From an uncultured Opitutaceae bacterium (GTDB taxonomy: Bacteria; Verrucomicrobiota; Verrucomicrobiia; Opitutales; Opitutaceae), in NCBI GenBank assembly GCA_903890485.1, contig CAITBM010000006.1:11901-75900 (forward strand): DNA of 64,000 nt, read 5' to 3'. This document shows, in pieces, positions 8,194-18,810 of this stretch. Under the pieces are notes generated by a model. It ran no database searches. It was given only the letters and a program-made list of their open reading frames with translations, and had not been told where the DNA came from. Every line of letters starts with the position of its first letter. Position 1 is the stretch's first letter. The translations under genes and the position numbers were made by a program.

Positions 8194-9633
8194 ATGGCCA
8201 ATTCAAACCTGTCACGGCGCTGTTTCCTCAAGGCCTCGGCATTGTCCGGCATCGGAGCCTCCCTTGTCGGCCTTGGGATGGCGGCGACAACCGGGGAGGC
8301 TGATCCCCGCTCGTCCTCTGCTGGAGGCCGTGCCTCGCCCGATCTGGGCAAGGTCTCGCCGAGAGCCAGCGGTCAGTCGCCGGTGCATGAATTGACCACG
8401 AGGCCCCTTGAGCGAGTCCGGGTGGCGGTAATAGGCCTCCATCGAGGAATGGAACACGTGCGGGCCTGCCTTGGCATCGAATTCGCGGAAGTGGCAGCAG
8501 TCTGTGATATTGTCGACGACCGCGCGCAGCTGGCGGCCGAAACCTGCTCCAAGCAACGCGGCCGCCGTCCGGCCGTCTACAGCGGAACGGAAAACATTTG
8601 GGAGAAGTTGGTTGAGCGCGATGACATAGACGTCGTCTATGTCGCAACGCCCTGGGCCTGGCACGTGCCGATGTGCGTCCGTGCGATGGAGGCGGGGAAG
8701 CACGCGTTTGTAGAGGTCGCTGCGGCGACGACCGTTGCCGATTGCTGGGATCTTGTGAACACCAGTGAGCGCACGCAACGCCATTGTGTCATGCTGGAGA
8801 ACTGTTGCTACGGCGAAAACGAGCTGTTCGTCCTCAATATGGTCCGCCAGGGCGTCTTCGGGGACCTCACCCACGCCGAATGCGGATACCTGCACGACCT
8901 TCGCACGGTACTCTTCGAGCTGGGTGGCGAGGGCGACTGGCGCCGCACCTATCACCGACAACTGGACGGCAACCTGTACCCGACTCACGGCCTCGGTCCC
9001 GTGGCGCAATACCTCGGGCTCGGCAGGGGGGACCAGTTCAAGTTCATCGTCTCTACGAGCTCGGCCGAGGCCGGCCTCACGCGCTACCGCGATGAGAAGC
9101 AGCCCAACGGGGGAAGGCATGCCGAAGAGAAATACATCTGCGGCGACATGAACACCTCGGTCATAAAGACCGAGAAGGGCCGCACGATCATGCTTCAGCA
9201 CGACGTTGTCAGTCCGCGTCCCTATAGTCGGATTAACGCGCTCTACGGGACGGGCGGCACGTTCTTCGACTATCCGGCCCGCCTCGCGATCAACGCTCCC
9301 AAGTCTTACGGGCTTGAGGCAAACGGCTCCCATGAATGGCTGGGGGAAAAGGACCTGGCCAAGATGCGACAGGCGTACACCCACCCTCTCTGGGCAAAGC
9401 TGGCTGATCGCGCGGCGGGGGCCGGCCACGGTGGGATGGATTTTGTGGAGAATTGGCAGCACCTGAACTGCGTTCGCAGAGGAGCGACTCCCGATAGCGT
9501 TGTCTATGACGCCGCTGCATGGAGCTGCATTGTCGAACTCTCCGCGCGTTCGGCGGCCACGGGCAGCATGCCCGTAGGGTTCCCGGATTTCACGCGCGGG
9601 CTTTGGAAGGCAATGAAGCCGCTTCCCATTTGA
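8194..9633 (+). CDS. Tat-exported Gfo/Idh/MocA-family NAD-binding oxidoreductase (GH109-like)
   Basis: The twin-arginine signal is SRRCFLKASALSGIGASL, counted from ATG 8194. The Rossmann start is VRVAVIGLHRGMEHV. Size and architecture resemble GH109-type enzymes. Confidence 0.75.
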   Translation: MANSNLSRRCFLKASALSGIGASLVGLGMAATTGEADPRSSSAGGRASPDLGKVSPRASGQSPVHELTTRPLERVRVAVIGLHRGMEHVRACLGIEFAEVAAVCDIVDDRAQLAAETCSKQRGRRPAVYSGTENIWEKLVERDDIDVVYVATPWAWHVPMCVRAMEAGKHAFVEVAAATTVADCWDLVNTSERTQRHCVMLENCCYGENELFVLNMVRQGVFGDLTHAECGYLHDLRTVLFELGGEGDWRRTYHRQLDGNLYPTHGLGPVAQYLGLGRGDQFKFIVSTSSAEAGLTRYRDEKQPNGGRHAEEKYICGDMNTSVIKTEKGRTIMLQHDVVSPRPYSRINALYGTGGTFFDYPARLAINAPKSYGLEANGSHEWLGEKDLAKMRQAYTHPLWAKLADRAAGAGHGGMDFVENWQHLNCVRRGATPDSVVYDAAAWSCIVELSARSAATGSMPVGFPDFTRGLWKAMKPLPI

Positions 9634-9748
9634 ACTGGGGTAGGTTTCACGGTCACTGAGACTGCCACAGGAAAGGGGGAGCACTTCCGCTCGTGGCTTA
9701 GGCTACAAACGGAAGGTCGATGCGGGGTGAGGACCGATACGACACGCC

Positions 9749-11134
9749 GTGGTACGGTCCGAATGCCTCGAAATTTGTCAACGGCAGCACCAGGCGGTCA
9801 TAAGGTTGCCCTGCTGCAAAAATCCCATTGGATTCAGGTCGACAACCGCCACCCCACACCGGCCCGTGCACTCCAAATCCCAATCCCGACGGCATGCAGG
9901 TTGCCCGTTGCCCCAGCTCCTGCTGCTTTTGGCGCTGCTTGGGTTTGCAACCGGGGTCGCCCGTGCGTCCCCGCCCAATTGGGTCGGCATCTGGGCCACG
10001 GCTCCCATCGAGGAGGAGGCTTTGCCGGAGGTGGTCGGAGGCCAGGGCGTTGTGGTTCGACAGATCGTGCGAATCTCAACCAGCGCTCAGATTGTGCGGC
10101 TTCGCCTCTCCAACGAGTACGGCAGCGAGACGCTCGTGCTGGATGGCCTGCGCCTGGCCCTAGCAGGTCCCGGTGGTACGATTCAGGCCTCGACCGACCG
10201 TCCGGTGCTTTTTTCCGGGGGGACAAGGGTCAGCATCCCCCCGATGTCCGTTTGTGTTTCCGATCCACTGGCCTTCCCGGCTCCCGCCCATTCGGACCTG
10301 GCGATCACATCCCGCCTGGTCAGCTTACCTCAAAAGTTGGCCGGGCATCCGGGCTCCCGGACCACTTCCTACGTAAAACCGGGTGCCGGGACCGCGGACG
10401 TGGATCTCGCAGGGGCAAAACGAATCGTGCACTGGTATTTCCTGAGCGGAATCGAGACGCTGGATGACGGCACGGGCCGAGCCGCTGTCGTTTGCCTGGG
10501 TGATTCCATCACTGACGGCTACGGGTGTTCCCCTGATCGGAATACCCGGTGGACGGACGTTTTCTCGCAGCGACTGCGGGCCGACCCTTCTTTTTCAAGG
10601 ATCTCGGTCTTGAACCTTGGAATCGGCGGGGGACGCTTGCTCCGGCCCGGAACGGGGCCCTCGGGACTCGCACGCCTCTCTAGGGACGTTTTTGGTCAGG
10701 CGGGGGTGAGATGGCTGATCGTTGAGCTCGGGGTCAACGATCTCGGCACCCGCATAAAGGCTAAATCGGCCGGGCTGCCCTATGCCGACCCAAAGGATAT
10801 CATTGCAGGATACCGGGACGTTCTTTCCGCCTGCCGCGCTCACGGCATCCGTGTTGCGTTGTCGACCATAACGCCGTTTGCCGGGGCCACCTGGTATTCC
10901 ACCCCGGAAATCGAGATCGACAGAGAGGTGATCAACCGGTGGGTCCGCGAGGAGGCACCATGCGATCTGGTCCTGGATTTCGATGCGGCGCTCAGAGACC
11001 CCGCCGATCCCAACCTCCTCCTCCCGGCCTACAACTCCGGGGACAATCTCCATCCTTCCATGGCGGGATACCGCCGCATGGCCGACTTCGTGCCATTGGC
11101 TTTTTTCGTTCCAACCCAGACCGGCACAAAATAG
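9749..11134 (+). CDS. secreted SGNH/GDSL hydrolase (carbohydrate esterase-like) with N-terminal beta-sandwich region
   Basis: SGNH blocks are CLGDSITDG, GIGGGRLL, ELGVNDL and DNLHPS. The signal-peptide-like PQLLLLLALLGFATGVARA suggests the true start may be TTG at 9908. Confidence 0.8.
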   Translation: MVRSECLEICQRQHQAVIRLPCCKNPIGFRSTTATPHRPVHSKSQSRRHAGCPLPQLLLLLALLGFATGVARASPPNWVGIWATAPIEEEALPEVVGGQGVVVRQIVRISTSAQIVRLRLSNEYGSETLVLDGLRLALAGPGGTIQASTDRPVLFSGGTRVSIPPMSVCVSDPLAFPAPAHSDLAITSRLVSLPQKLAGHPGSRTTSYVKPGAGTADVDLAGAKRIVHWYFLSGIETLDDGTGRAAVVCLGDSITDGYGCSPDRNTRWTDVFSQRLRADPSFSRISVLNLGIGGGRLLRPGTGPSGLARLSRDVFGQAGVRWLIVELGVNDLGTRIKAKSAGLPYADPKDIIAGYRDVLSACRAHGIRVALSTITPFAGATWYSTPEIEIDREVINRWVREEAPCDLVLDFDAALRDPADPNLLLPAYNSGDNLHPSMAGYRRMADFVPLAFFVPTQTGTK

Positions 11135-11251
11135 CCTCGCTGGCGCCTACTTCCGCTAGGTTCCGGTAGCGCAAAAGAGTGAACATCTCGTTGCTCGTCC
11201 GAAAGACAGCCTGCACTTCACCATCAACGTCTCGCCACCGCCCCGCACATC

Positions 11252-12916
11252 ATGAGATTCCTTACCCAATGGTGCATCGGAGCCCTCTTTAGCGTTTCGA
11301 TCGTTGCGGCAGCACCGGCCGACTCCCAACTTCCAAGGCTTGATCGGGCGGGGGGTGCCACCCAACTTTGGGTCGATGGCCGGCCATTCCTGATCCAGGG
11401 CGGCGAATTGAGCAATTCGAGCGGCGAGCCCGACTACCTGCGGCCCTCCTGGCCGAAGCTCAAGGCGCTCAACCTTAATACCGTCATCGCCCCGGTCTAC
11501 TGGGACGTAATCGAGCCAGCCGAGGCCAAGTTCGACTTTGCCACTGTCGACGGCCTGGTGACTGACGCCCGCGCGAACCAGATGCGGCTGGTGCTTCTCT
11601 GGTTTGGGTCCTGGAAAAACAGCATGTCATGTTATGTTCCCTCTTGGGTAAAGAAGGACACGGCGCGCTTCCCGCGCGCCCGCGATTCCCAGGGCCAGGC
11701 CCTGGAAATCCTCACGCCCTTTTCGGAGTTAAGTCGCAACACCGACGCCCGCGCCTTCGCCGCCCTGATGCGCCACCTACGCGAAACAGATGGCGCGCTG
11801 CACACGGTCATCTTGGTGCAGGTCGAGAATGAAATCGGCATGATACCCGAGGCCCGCGACCGCTGCTCAGCAGCCGACACCGCGTTTGGGGGACCCGTGC
11901 CCACCGAGTTGATGGACTACCTAACCAAGCGCCAAGACACCCTTTCGCCCGAACTTAGGGATCGATGGGCAGCGCACGGCCACCGCTCCAGCGGCACGTG
12001 GAAGGAAGTCTTTGGCGAGGGGTCTGCCACCTCGGAACTGTTCATGGCCTGGTATTTTGGGCGCTATGTGGAGACAGTCGCGGAGGCTGGCCGTCGCGAA
12101 TACGCGCTGCCTCTCTATGCTAACGCTGCGCTCATCCGGCCGGGTTTCCAGGCCGGCCAATATCCGAGCGCCGGACCGCTGCCTCACTTGATCGACATCT
12201 GGCGCGCCGCCGCGCCCTCCCTCGACTTCATCAGCCCCGACATCTATTTTCCAAACTTCGCTGAGTGGGCGGACCGCTATGCCAGAAATGGCAACCCCCT
12301 CTTCATTCCCGAGGCGCTCCGAAGCACGGAAGCGGCCGTGAACAACCTTTACGCCTTCGGCGCCTGTGGCGGGTTCGGATTTTCCCCTTTCGGCATAGAG
12401 TCTATGCAGGAACCCGCATCCGGCCTCCTGAGGGCAAGCAACGACCTCATTCGCCAGCTTACGCCGCTGATCGTCGCAAATCAGGGCAAAGAAACAATGA
12501 TCTCGCTTCTTGCGCCGCCCGCCGACCAGAGCAAGCCGCATGAGATCCCTTTCGGCGATCTTGTCCTCAATGTAACCTATGAGCGGCTTGAGTCGCCCGG
12601 CCTGGCGGATGGAGTGATCAACGAGGCCGGCGACCACTCCTCGACCCGCGTACCATTGCCGGCGGGCGCCATCGTAATCCAGCTCGGCCAGGACGATCTT
12701 CTCATTGGAGGAATAGGCGTCACCGTCACGTTCTCCTCCCCGACTCCCGGCGATCCCCGCATTGGTATACTCGACTGTGCGGAAGGCCGGTACGAGGACG
12801 GCCAATGGCACCACCAGCGTTGGCTAAACGGCGACCAGACGCACCAGGGTCGCCACGTTCGCCTTGAACCGGGGCATTTCGCGCTTCAGCGCGTGCGCCT
12901 TTACCGCTACCACTGA
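11252..12916 (+). CDS. secreted GH35-like TIM-barrel glycosidase (Glyco_hydro_35-like N-domain + DUF5597-like C-domain)
   Basis: A signal peptide is present. The sequence reads WVDGRPFLIQGGELSNSS..WPKLKALNLNTVIAPVYWDVIEPAEAKFDF..LVLLWFGSWKNSMSCYVPSWVK. The family assignment is from memory of this motif. Confidence 0.65.
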   Translation: MRFLTQWCIGALFSVSIVAAAPADSQLPRLDRAGGATQLWVDGRPFLIQGGELSNSSGEPDYLRPSWPKLKALNLNTVIAPVYWDVIEPAEAKFDFATVDGLVTDARANQMRLVLLWFGSWKNSMSCYVPSWVKKDTARFPRARDSQGQALEILTPFSELSRNTDARAFAALMRHLRETDGALHTVILVQVENEIGMIPEARDRCSAADTAFGGPVPTELMDYLTKRQDTLSPELRDRWAAHGHRSSGTWKEVFGEGSATSELFMAWYFGRYVETVAEAGRREYALPLYANAALIRPGFQAGQYPSAGPLPHLIDIWRAAAPSLDFISPDIYFPNFAEWADRYARNGNPLFIPEALRSTEAAVNNLYAFGACGGFGFSPFGIESMQEPASGLLRASNDLIRQLTPLIVANQGKETMISLLAPPADQSKPHEIPFGDLVLNVTYERLESPGLADGVINEAGDHSSTRVPLPAGAIVIQLGQDDLLIGGIGVTVTFSSPTPGDPRIGILDCAEGRYEDGQWHHQRWLNGDQTHQGRHVRLEPGHFALQRVRLYRYH

Positions 12917-12927
12917 GCATCATCCCG

Positions 12928-14007
12928 ATGAAACTTGGACTTGGATTGTACCGGCACATGCTCACGCCCGAAAACTTTGCTTTCGCGAAGCAGGCGGGGG
13001 CCACGCACATCGTAGCCCACCTGGTGGACTACTTCCGCGGAGGAAACCATGTGGGACCCGATGACCAGCCCACGGGCACGGATTGGGGCTGGGGACTTGC
13101 CGGCGATCCGGAGCAGCTCTGGACCCTCGAGGAACTCAAGGCCGTACGGAGCAACGTCGAGGCCGCGGGTCTGAAACTTGAGGCCATCGAGAACTTCGAC
13201 CCGGCTCACTGGCACGATGTGCTGCTCGATGGCCCGAAGCGTTCCCTGCACATCGAGAACGTTAAGACGATAGTCCGACGCATGGGCGAAGCGGGCATCC
13301 CAATCATGGGATATAATTTTTCGATCGCTGGCGTGGCCGGGCGCACCAAGGGAGCCTACGCTCGTGGGTCCGCGCCAGCCGTCGGTATGGAGGGACCGTA
13401 CGACCTGCCGATGCCAAAGGGAATGGCCTGGAACATGGTCGTTGACCCGGCGGCGCTCCGCCGGCCACCGGTTCCCGAGCCTACGGCAACGGACGCGCAG
13501 CTCTGGTCCCGTCTCCAGCGCTTCCTAGATGACGTACTTCCCGTGGCCGAGAAGGCGGGGGTCCGACTTGCCTTGCATCCGGATGACCCGCCCATGCCTT
13601 CGATCCGCGGCCAGCCGCGGCTCGTCTACCAGCCCCAGATGTACCAACGGGTGATCGACTTGAACCCAAGTCCGTCCAATGCCCTCGAGTTTTGTGTAGG
13701 CTCCCTGGCGGAGATGACGGAAGGCGACATCTATGATGTGGTGGACCAATACAGTCGCCAGCACCGCCTCGGCTACGTTCACCTACGCAATGTCCGGGAC
13801 AAAGTACCCAACTACAAGGAAACCTTCATTGACGACGGCGACGTCGACATCCTCCGCGTGTTAGCCATCTTGCAGCGCAACGGCTTCGAAGGCGTCATTA
13901 TCCCCGACCATGCACCCCAGATGAGCTGCGCGGCTCCATGGCACGCCGGCATGGCTTACGCGCTCGGTTACCTCAAAGCCGGCATCCAGTTCCTGCCAAA
14001 CAGATGA
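12928..14007 (+). CDS. uxuA: D-mannonate dehydratase
   Basis: The N-terminus is [29 protein letters not shown]. The C-terminus has [31 protein letters not shown]. Both are typical of UxuA-type TIM-barrel dehydratases. Confidence 0.8.
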   Translation: MKLGLGLYRHMLTPENFAFAKQAGATHIVAHLVDYFRGGNHVGPDDQPTGTDWGWGLAGDPEQLWTLEELKAVRSNVEAAGLKLEAIENFDPAHWHDVLLDGPKRSLHIENVKTIVRRMGEAGIPIMGYNFSIAGVAGRTKGAYARGSAPAVGMEGPYDLPMPKGMAWNMVVDPAALRRPPVPEPTATDAQLWSRLQRFLDDVLPVAEKAGVRLALHPDDPPMPSIRGQPRLVYQPQMYQRVIDLNPSPSNALEFCVGSLAEMTEGDIYDVVDQYSRQHRLGYVHLRNVRDKVPNYKETFIDDGDVDILRVLAILQRNGFEGVIIPDHAPQMSCAAPWHAGMAYALGYLKAGIQFLPNR

Positions 14008-14768
14008 ACCCTTCAGAAGCCTTTTCCCTGCGCGGCGAAACTGCGCTCATCACCGGTGGCGGCACGGGCATAGGTCTAGCCATGGCGCGCGCAATGCATG
14101 CCGCAGGAGCGCGTGTGGTGCTTGTGGGCCGGCGAGAGGCCGAGCTGGCGGCCGCAGTCAGGTTGCTCGGTGTGGGAGCCAGCCACATGGTGCACGACAT
14201 AACGCATCTCGACGGTGCCGCCGCGCTGGTTGAGAAGGTCACGCGTGAGGCCGGGCCCGTGAGCTGCCTCGTCAACAATGCGGGCATCCACCTGAAGAAA
14301 CCCGCCGTGGACACAACGCCGGAGGAGTTCCAGAAGGTGCTCAACACCCATATCGTTGGGGCCCATGCGCTCACCCGTGCTGTCGTCCCGGGGATGATTG
14401 AGCGCAGGCACGGATCCATCCTGTTCACAGGATCGATGGCTTCACTCTTTGGGATTCCCCTCGTGATCGCCTACACGGCGGCGAAGAGCGCGATGGTCGG
14501 CATGGTCAAAGGCTACGCGACCGAGTTTTCCCAGTACGGAGTGAGGGTCAATTGCATCGCCCCCGGTTGGATCGAGACTGAGATGTCGCGCAAGGCCCTC
14601 GAAGGCGACCCTGCCCGCAAGGCCAAGGTGCTCGGGAGGACGCCCGCGGCCAGCCTTGGCCAACCCGAGGACATCGGTTGGGCTGCGGTCTACCTGGCCT
14701 CGCCCGCCGCAAAATTTGTCACCGGGGTCACTTTACCTGTGGATGGAGGAGCGAGCATCGGTTTTTGA
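14004..14768 (+). CDS. SDR-family oxidoreductase (possible short-chain D-mannonate/hexuronate-pathway dehydrogenase)
   Basis: Motifs are [14 protein letters not shown] and the catalytic YTAAK. The ATG overlaps the uxuA stop (ATGA at 14004-14007). Confidence 0.85.
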   Translation: MNPSEAFSLRGETALITGGGTGIGLAMARAMHAAGARVVLVGRREAELAAAVRLLGVGASHMVHDITHLDGAAALVEKVTREAGPVSCLVNNAGIHLKKPAVDTTPEEFQKVLNTHIVGAHALTRAVVPGMIERRHGSILFTGSMASLFGIPLVIAYTAAKSAMVGMVKGYATEFSQYGVRVNCIAPGWIETEMSRKALEGDPARKAKVLGRTPAASLGQPEDIGWAAVYLASPAAKFVTGVTLPVDGGASIGF

Positions 14769-14850
14769 GTTTTCCCCAAGACCGGACCGCACAAAGCGGG
14801 CAGGTAACCTTCGGCATCGCCCGACAGGCTGTTGATTTGAAATTCCCGTC

Positions 14851-16956
14851 TTACTTGCCTGAAGGGTCGCCCGGCATCCAATGCAGTTGGATTGCCCGGT
14901 AATAGGGAAGGTCGTGCGCCGGCGGCTCAACTCCGGGAGGGAGCGGACGTCCAGAGAAGGTTTGAAAATAGAGCAGGCTGGCGTCACGCCACCAACACGC
15001 GTCGCGCTCTTGAATGGCCAGCAGCGAGCTCACGTGCGCGTGGGTCTCGGGATCCACGTAGGCCTTAAGCGAGTCCCACGTGCGGCGCCAACCGCGCACC
15101 GTGTCGACACCGTGCTGATAATGGCGGCAAAACTCATCCCAGAATGGCCTGCCCGACGCCATGGTCCGATCCCAAGCGACGTGATGAAACCACAGGATTA
15201 GGTCCTCAGGGCACGTCGCTTCGTCCCTCCAAATTCCGGCAATCACCGGCGCGTACTGTTCGAGGGCATTGGAGCCGGATTGCGTGCGGTCAAACCCGAG
15301 CCCCTTGGAGTCGGCGTGATGGTAGTAGACCGAAGTCCAGTCGGGACGACCCTTGTCGAGCCACGGCTCCGGACCGTAGTGGTGCCCCTCTGCGAAGACG
15401 CCCGTCAGTCCGAGCGGATCCATGTAATCCACCACCGTCTCTCGGGACTCCAGCAGCATCCTCTCCAAAGGGGCTGTGACCCGAGGGTCGTCGCCAAAGG
15501 TGAGGTGTGTCCATTCAGAGGCGATTTGTGCGCTCGACAAAGTGTGATCCCACGCGAGGCGCCCAAAGGCATACCAATTCGCCTGCGCAAGGGGATGCCC
15601 CGTCCAATTTCGGTCGGTGCCCGTATTGGCGACACCGGCAATGACGCTGATCGGGTTATGGGAGAGGGATCCGTCGACCACGCGGGCAACCGTAGAGCCA
15701 CGGCCGGGGCGAAACGTGTCAGAATCGAGGGTCTCCTTCCAAAGAGGGGCAAGGAATGCCAGGTGGGTGCCCTGCCCGAGATACTCCTGTGTGATCTGAA
15801 CCTCGAGGGCCAGCGGCGTGCGCGGCATTGCCCCGAAGAGCGGATGGAAGGGTTCGCGGGGTTGGAAATCCAGGGGGCCATTCTTGATCTGCACCACGAC
15901 GTTCGGCCGGAACTTCCCGTCATAGGGTTCGAATTCGTCGTAGGCCTGCATGCAGCGATCGCGCCGTGCATCGGCCTCATAGACAAAAGCGCGCCAGAGC
16001 ACGATCCCTCCAACCGGCGCCAGGGCATCAGCCAGCATGTTCGCCCCGTCGGCGTGCGACCGACCGTAGCTTTGCGGGCCAGGCTGCCCCTCCGAATTGG
16101 CCTTCACCAGGAATCCCCCGAAGTCGGGAATAAGTTCATGGATCTCCCTTGCCTTTGCCCGCCACCAGGCAGCGACAGCCGGGTCGAGCGGGTCGGCTGT
16201 CTTCAGCCCGCCGATCTCCAAGGGAGCCGAAAAACGCGCCGTCAGGTAGACGCGCACCCCATAGGGGCGAAAAGCCGACGCGAGCGCCGCGACTTTGCTC
16301 AGCCATTCAGGGGTGAGCACAAGCGCATCAGCGTTCACATTGGTTACGACGGCTCCGTTCAGGCCAACGGAGGCGCAGGCGCGCGCATAGTCGCGGTACC
16401 TAGGAGATTCGAAGTTCGGAAGGACGAACCATTCCCAGAGAGATCCGCCGGCATAGCCGCGCTCGACGGTTCGGTTCAAGTTGTCCCAATGGTCGAGCAT
16501 GCGGCGCTGGATCCGCGGAGTGCTGCGTAGGGCAAAGTGGTCTAATGGCCGGCCCAACCGCAGCTCGCGCAGAAGGGCAAATGCACCGTAGAGCACTCCG
16601 ACGTTGCGATTCGCAGTGATGACGAATGCCGGATGGCCGTCGCGACGTTCCCAATCGATGGCATAACCCTCGTCCCCTAGGTCGGGATGGGATTGGACGG
16701 TCTCTCGCCGTATCTGGGGGGTCACCCCGAGCAACCCGCCCAGCCCCTGGTTCAGCTCGGCGGAAACTGCGGCTCCGGTTGCAGAATCCTCGGCAACCGG
16801 AGAGGCCAGGACTATGGTGCTGGCCGCCTCCGCATAGGCCGCGTGGAGCGGCGTCTGGGTCATTCGGTCATAACGGAGCCAAAGCCGGTAGCCGTCGTCC
16901 GCCCGGGCGAGGGCCACGGCGCAGACCGCTAGGAGAACCGAGGCCGCTATTTTCAC
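14851..16956 (-). CDS. aguA: GH67 alpha-glucuronidase
   Basis: A signal peptide is followed by DDGYRLWLRYD, a hallmark GH67 N-terminus. The protein is 701 aa. Confidence 0.9.
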   Translation of the reverse strand: MKIAASVLLAVCAVALARADDGYRLWLRYDRMTQTPLHAAYAEAASTIVLASPVAEDSATGAAVSAELNQGLGGLLGVTPQIRRETVQSHPDLGDEGYAIDWERRDGHPAFVITANRNVGVLYGAFALLRELRLGRPLDHFALRSTPRIQRRMLDHWDNLNRTVERGYAGGSLWEWFVLPNFESPRYRDYARACASVGLNGAVVTNVNADALVLTPEWLSKVAALASAFRPYGVRVYLTARFSAPLEIGGLKTADPLDPAVAAWWRAKAREIHELIPDFGGFLVKANSEGQPGPQSYGRSHADGANMLADALAPVGGIVLWRAFVYEADARRDRCMQAYDEFEPYDGKFRPNVVVQIKNGPLDFQPREPFHPLFGAMPRTPLALEVQITQEYLGQGTHLAFLAPLWKETLDSDTFRPGRGSTVARVVDGSLSHNPISVIAGVANTGTDRNWTGHPLAQANWYAFGRLAWDHTLSSAQIASEWTHLTFGDDPRVTAPLERMLLESRETVVDYMDPLGLTGVFAEGHHYGPEPWLDKGRPDWTSVYYHHADSKGLGFDRTQSGSNALEQYAPVIAGIWRDEATCPEDLILWFHHVAWDRTMASGRPFWDEFCRHYQHGVDTVRGWRRTWDSLKAYVDPETHAHVSSLLAIQERDACWWRDASLLYFQTFSGRPLPPGVEPPAHDLPYYRAIQLHWMPGDPSGK

Positions 16957-17004
16957 CGGAAGAGGAGTGAAGGAACTAACCGAAAAGGGCTTCCCGGGTT
17001 TCCG

Positions 17005-18519
17005 TCACGTCGCCTGTGCGGCCGAGCGTCGGGTCTCGAGTTCCTCAGCCATCCGCAGCGTGCGGTCGCGGCCGAGTTGATAGACGGCCAGAAGGATCGT
17101 GCACGCCAAGAACATCAGTCCGACGACCAACCCGCTGCATGCTCGATACCCAGCAATCGCGGAAGCCGCCCCAGGCGCCTTTGTTTCATAATCGTACAGC
17201 CATGCCATAATCCAAAGGAACGAGGCCGAGCCGACAGCCAATCCAGCCTTTAATGAGAATCCTATCGTCGCAAAAACCATGCCCGTGAAGCGCCTGCCTG
17301 TCTGCCACTCCGAGTAGTCCGCAACGTCCGCAAAGATCGCCCAGATCAGCGGGATGGTTGGCGCATACACTATTGAGCCGACGACGGTCATGAGGATCAT
17401 GCCGCCGACGTTGGAAGCCGAAAGAGTGTAGAAGATGGCGGCGCTCACCGCGGAGAGCCCAAAGCCGACGACGGCAACGGCTTTCTTCCCGTAGCGCCTG
17501 GCTAATGAGGGTGAGAGTACGAGGACGGTAATGGTCGTGACGGTACCCAGGATATTGACGATGCTGTTGAACACATCGGCGACATTGGATGATGCAAGGT
17601 CGGCACGCGTGCCGTGAACGATGTAGCCGAGCATTTCGAGCAGGCCCCCGGGCGCCGGCGCCCCGGCAGCGAGCGGGGCTGCCGTTAGGCCGAGCCTCTC
17701 AAGGACGTCGAACATGGCGGCCTTGTCGACGTAATGGTGGAAGTAGTTGTAGAGCGCTCCCCCCCGGAATGAGAGGATCGCGAAATGCACGAAGGTCATG
17801 GCAACCATGACCATCCACGGCCTATTGCGGAGGAGGTTTACAAAGTCCTCCTTGGGCGAGGATTTGGTCTGGGCGACCGGCTTTATGCGCTCGCGCGTCG
17901 TAAGGAACGTGGTGAGGAAGAGGACAAGGCTAAGGGCCGCCCAGACGGCCATGGTCATCTGCCAGCCGTGTTGCCGGTCATGGCCCACCGCGAATTTCGC
18001 CACTAGGGGAAGGGTGAACCCGCCGACGACAAACTGCGCGATGTTTGCAGCGATGAACCGGAAGGAATTGAGCTTTGCACGTTCCGTGAGGTCTGCCGTC
18101 ATCACGCCGCCCAGGGCCGAGTAAGGCATGTTGTTCATCGAGTAGAGCGTCATCAACAGGGTGTTGGTGATGAACGCGTAGGCTATCAGGGGAACGGCGC
18201 TCCATCCCCGTGGCGTGGTGTAGGCCAGAACCATGACCACGCACCAAGGCACGGCGGTCCAAAGCACCCAGGGCCGGAACTTGCCCCAGCGGGTCTCCGT
18301 CCTGTCGGCCATCACACCCATGATCGGGTCAAATACGGCGTCCCAGAGGCGCGGCCAGAGGAGGATGGCTGCCGCGGCGCTCGCGGTAAGGCCAAAGACG
18401 TCTGTGTAGAAATTCAGCTGGAACAAGATCATCGTCTGAAAGACGAAGTTCGCGGCAGCATCGGTGGCGCTGTAGCCGGCCTTTTCGGCAAAGGACAGCT
18501 TGTCAGTGGGAGCGGTCAT
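17005..18519 (-). CDS. GPH-family (glycoside-pentoside-hexuronide):cation symporter
   Basis: Multi-TM protein with LSFAEKAGYSATDAAANFVFQ and the GPH signature ADRTETRWGKFRPW. The start is taken at MTAPTDK. Confidence 0.85.
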   Translation of the reverse strand: MTAPTDKLSFAEKAGYSATDAAANFVFQTMILFQLNFYTDVFGLTASAAAAILLWPRLWDAVFDPIMGVMADRTETRWGKFRPWVLWTAVPWCVVMVLAYTTPRGWSAVPLIAYAFITNTLLMTLYSMNNMPYSALGGVMTADLTERAKLNSFRFIAANIAQFVVGGFTLPLVAKFAVGHDRQHGWQMTMAVWAALSLVLFLTTFLTTRERIKPVAQTKSSPKEDFVNLLRNRPWMVMVAMTFVHFAILSFRGGALYNYFHHYVDKAAMFDVLERLGLTAAPLAAGAPAPGGLLEMLGYIVHGTRADLASSNVADVFNSIVNILGTVTTITVLVLSPSLARRYGKKAVAVVGFGLSAVSAAIFYTLSASNVGGMILMTVVGSIVYAPTIPLIWAIFADVADYSEWQTGRRFTGMVFATIGFSLKAGLAVGSASFLWIMAWLYDYETKAPGAASAIAGYRACSGLVVGLMFLACTILLAVYQLGRDRTLRMAEELETRRSAAQAT

Positions 18520-18810
18520 GGGGGTGTTTAGGGGGAATATTCTACCAGACGTTGGCCTGAACCTTGGCGCCCGGGAGCTCAGGATTCGATAAGTAAAAGG
18601 CCAAGGCGATGCAATCGCCAAGGTCCTGGCGGTGGGTTAATAATGCCCAGACGTCGGTCCTGACCGCCCAGGGAAAGCAGAACGTTTCGTGGATTGGCCG
18701 TTCCTTTCACCCAAAAAAGCCCCTATCCTGGACCAATAGGCAAAGCCGGCGCCCCTCGTTTACCATAGACTGGGCCGCCGAAATCGTGATTCGCTTCCCC
18801 CTACCCCATC

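Noticed and set aside
8212-9684. A 490-aa ORF lies antisense to the GH109-like gene. Similar long antisense or alternative-frame ORFs occur at 11921-12814, 15280-16530, 31105-31773, 37963-38847, 44352-45515, 47507-48370, 48919-50124 and 57678-58694.
   Set aside because: Long stop-free antisense frames are typical of high-GC DNA. Their translations are Arg/Gly/Pro/Ala-rich with no motifs. In each case the opposite strand encodes a protein with clear family signatures.
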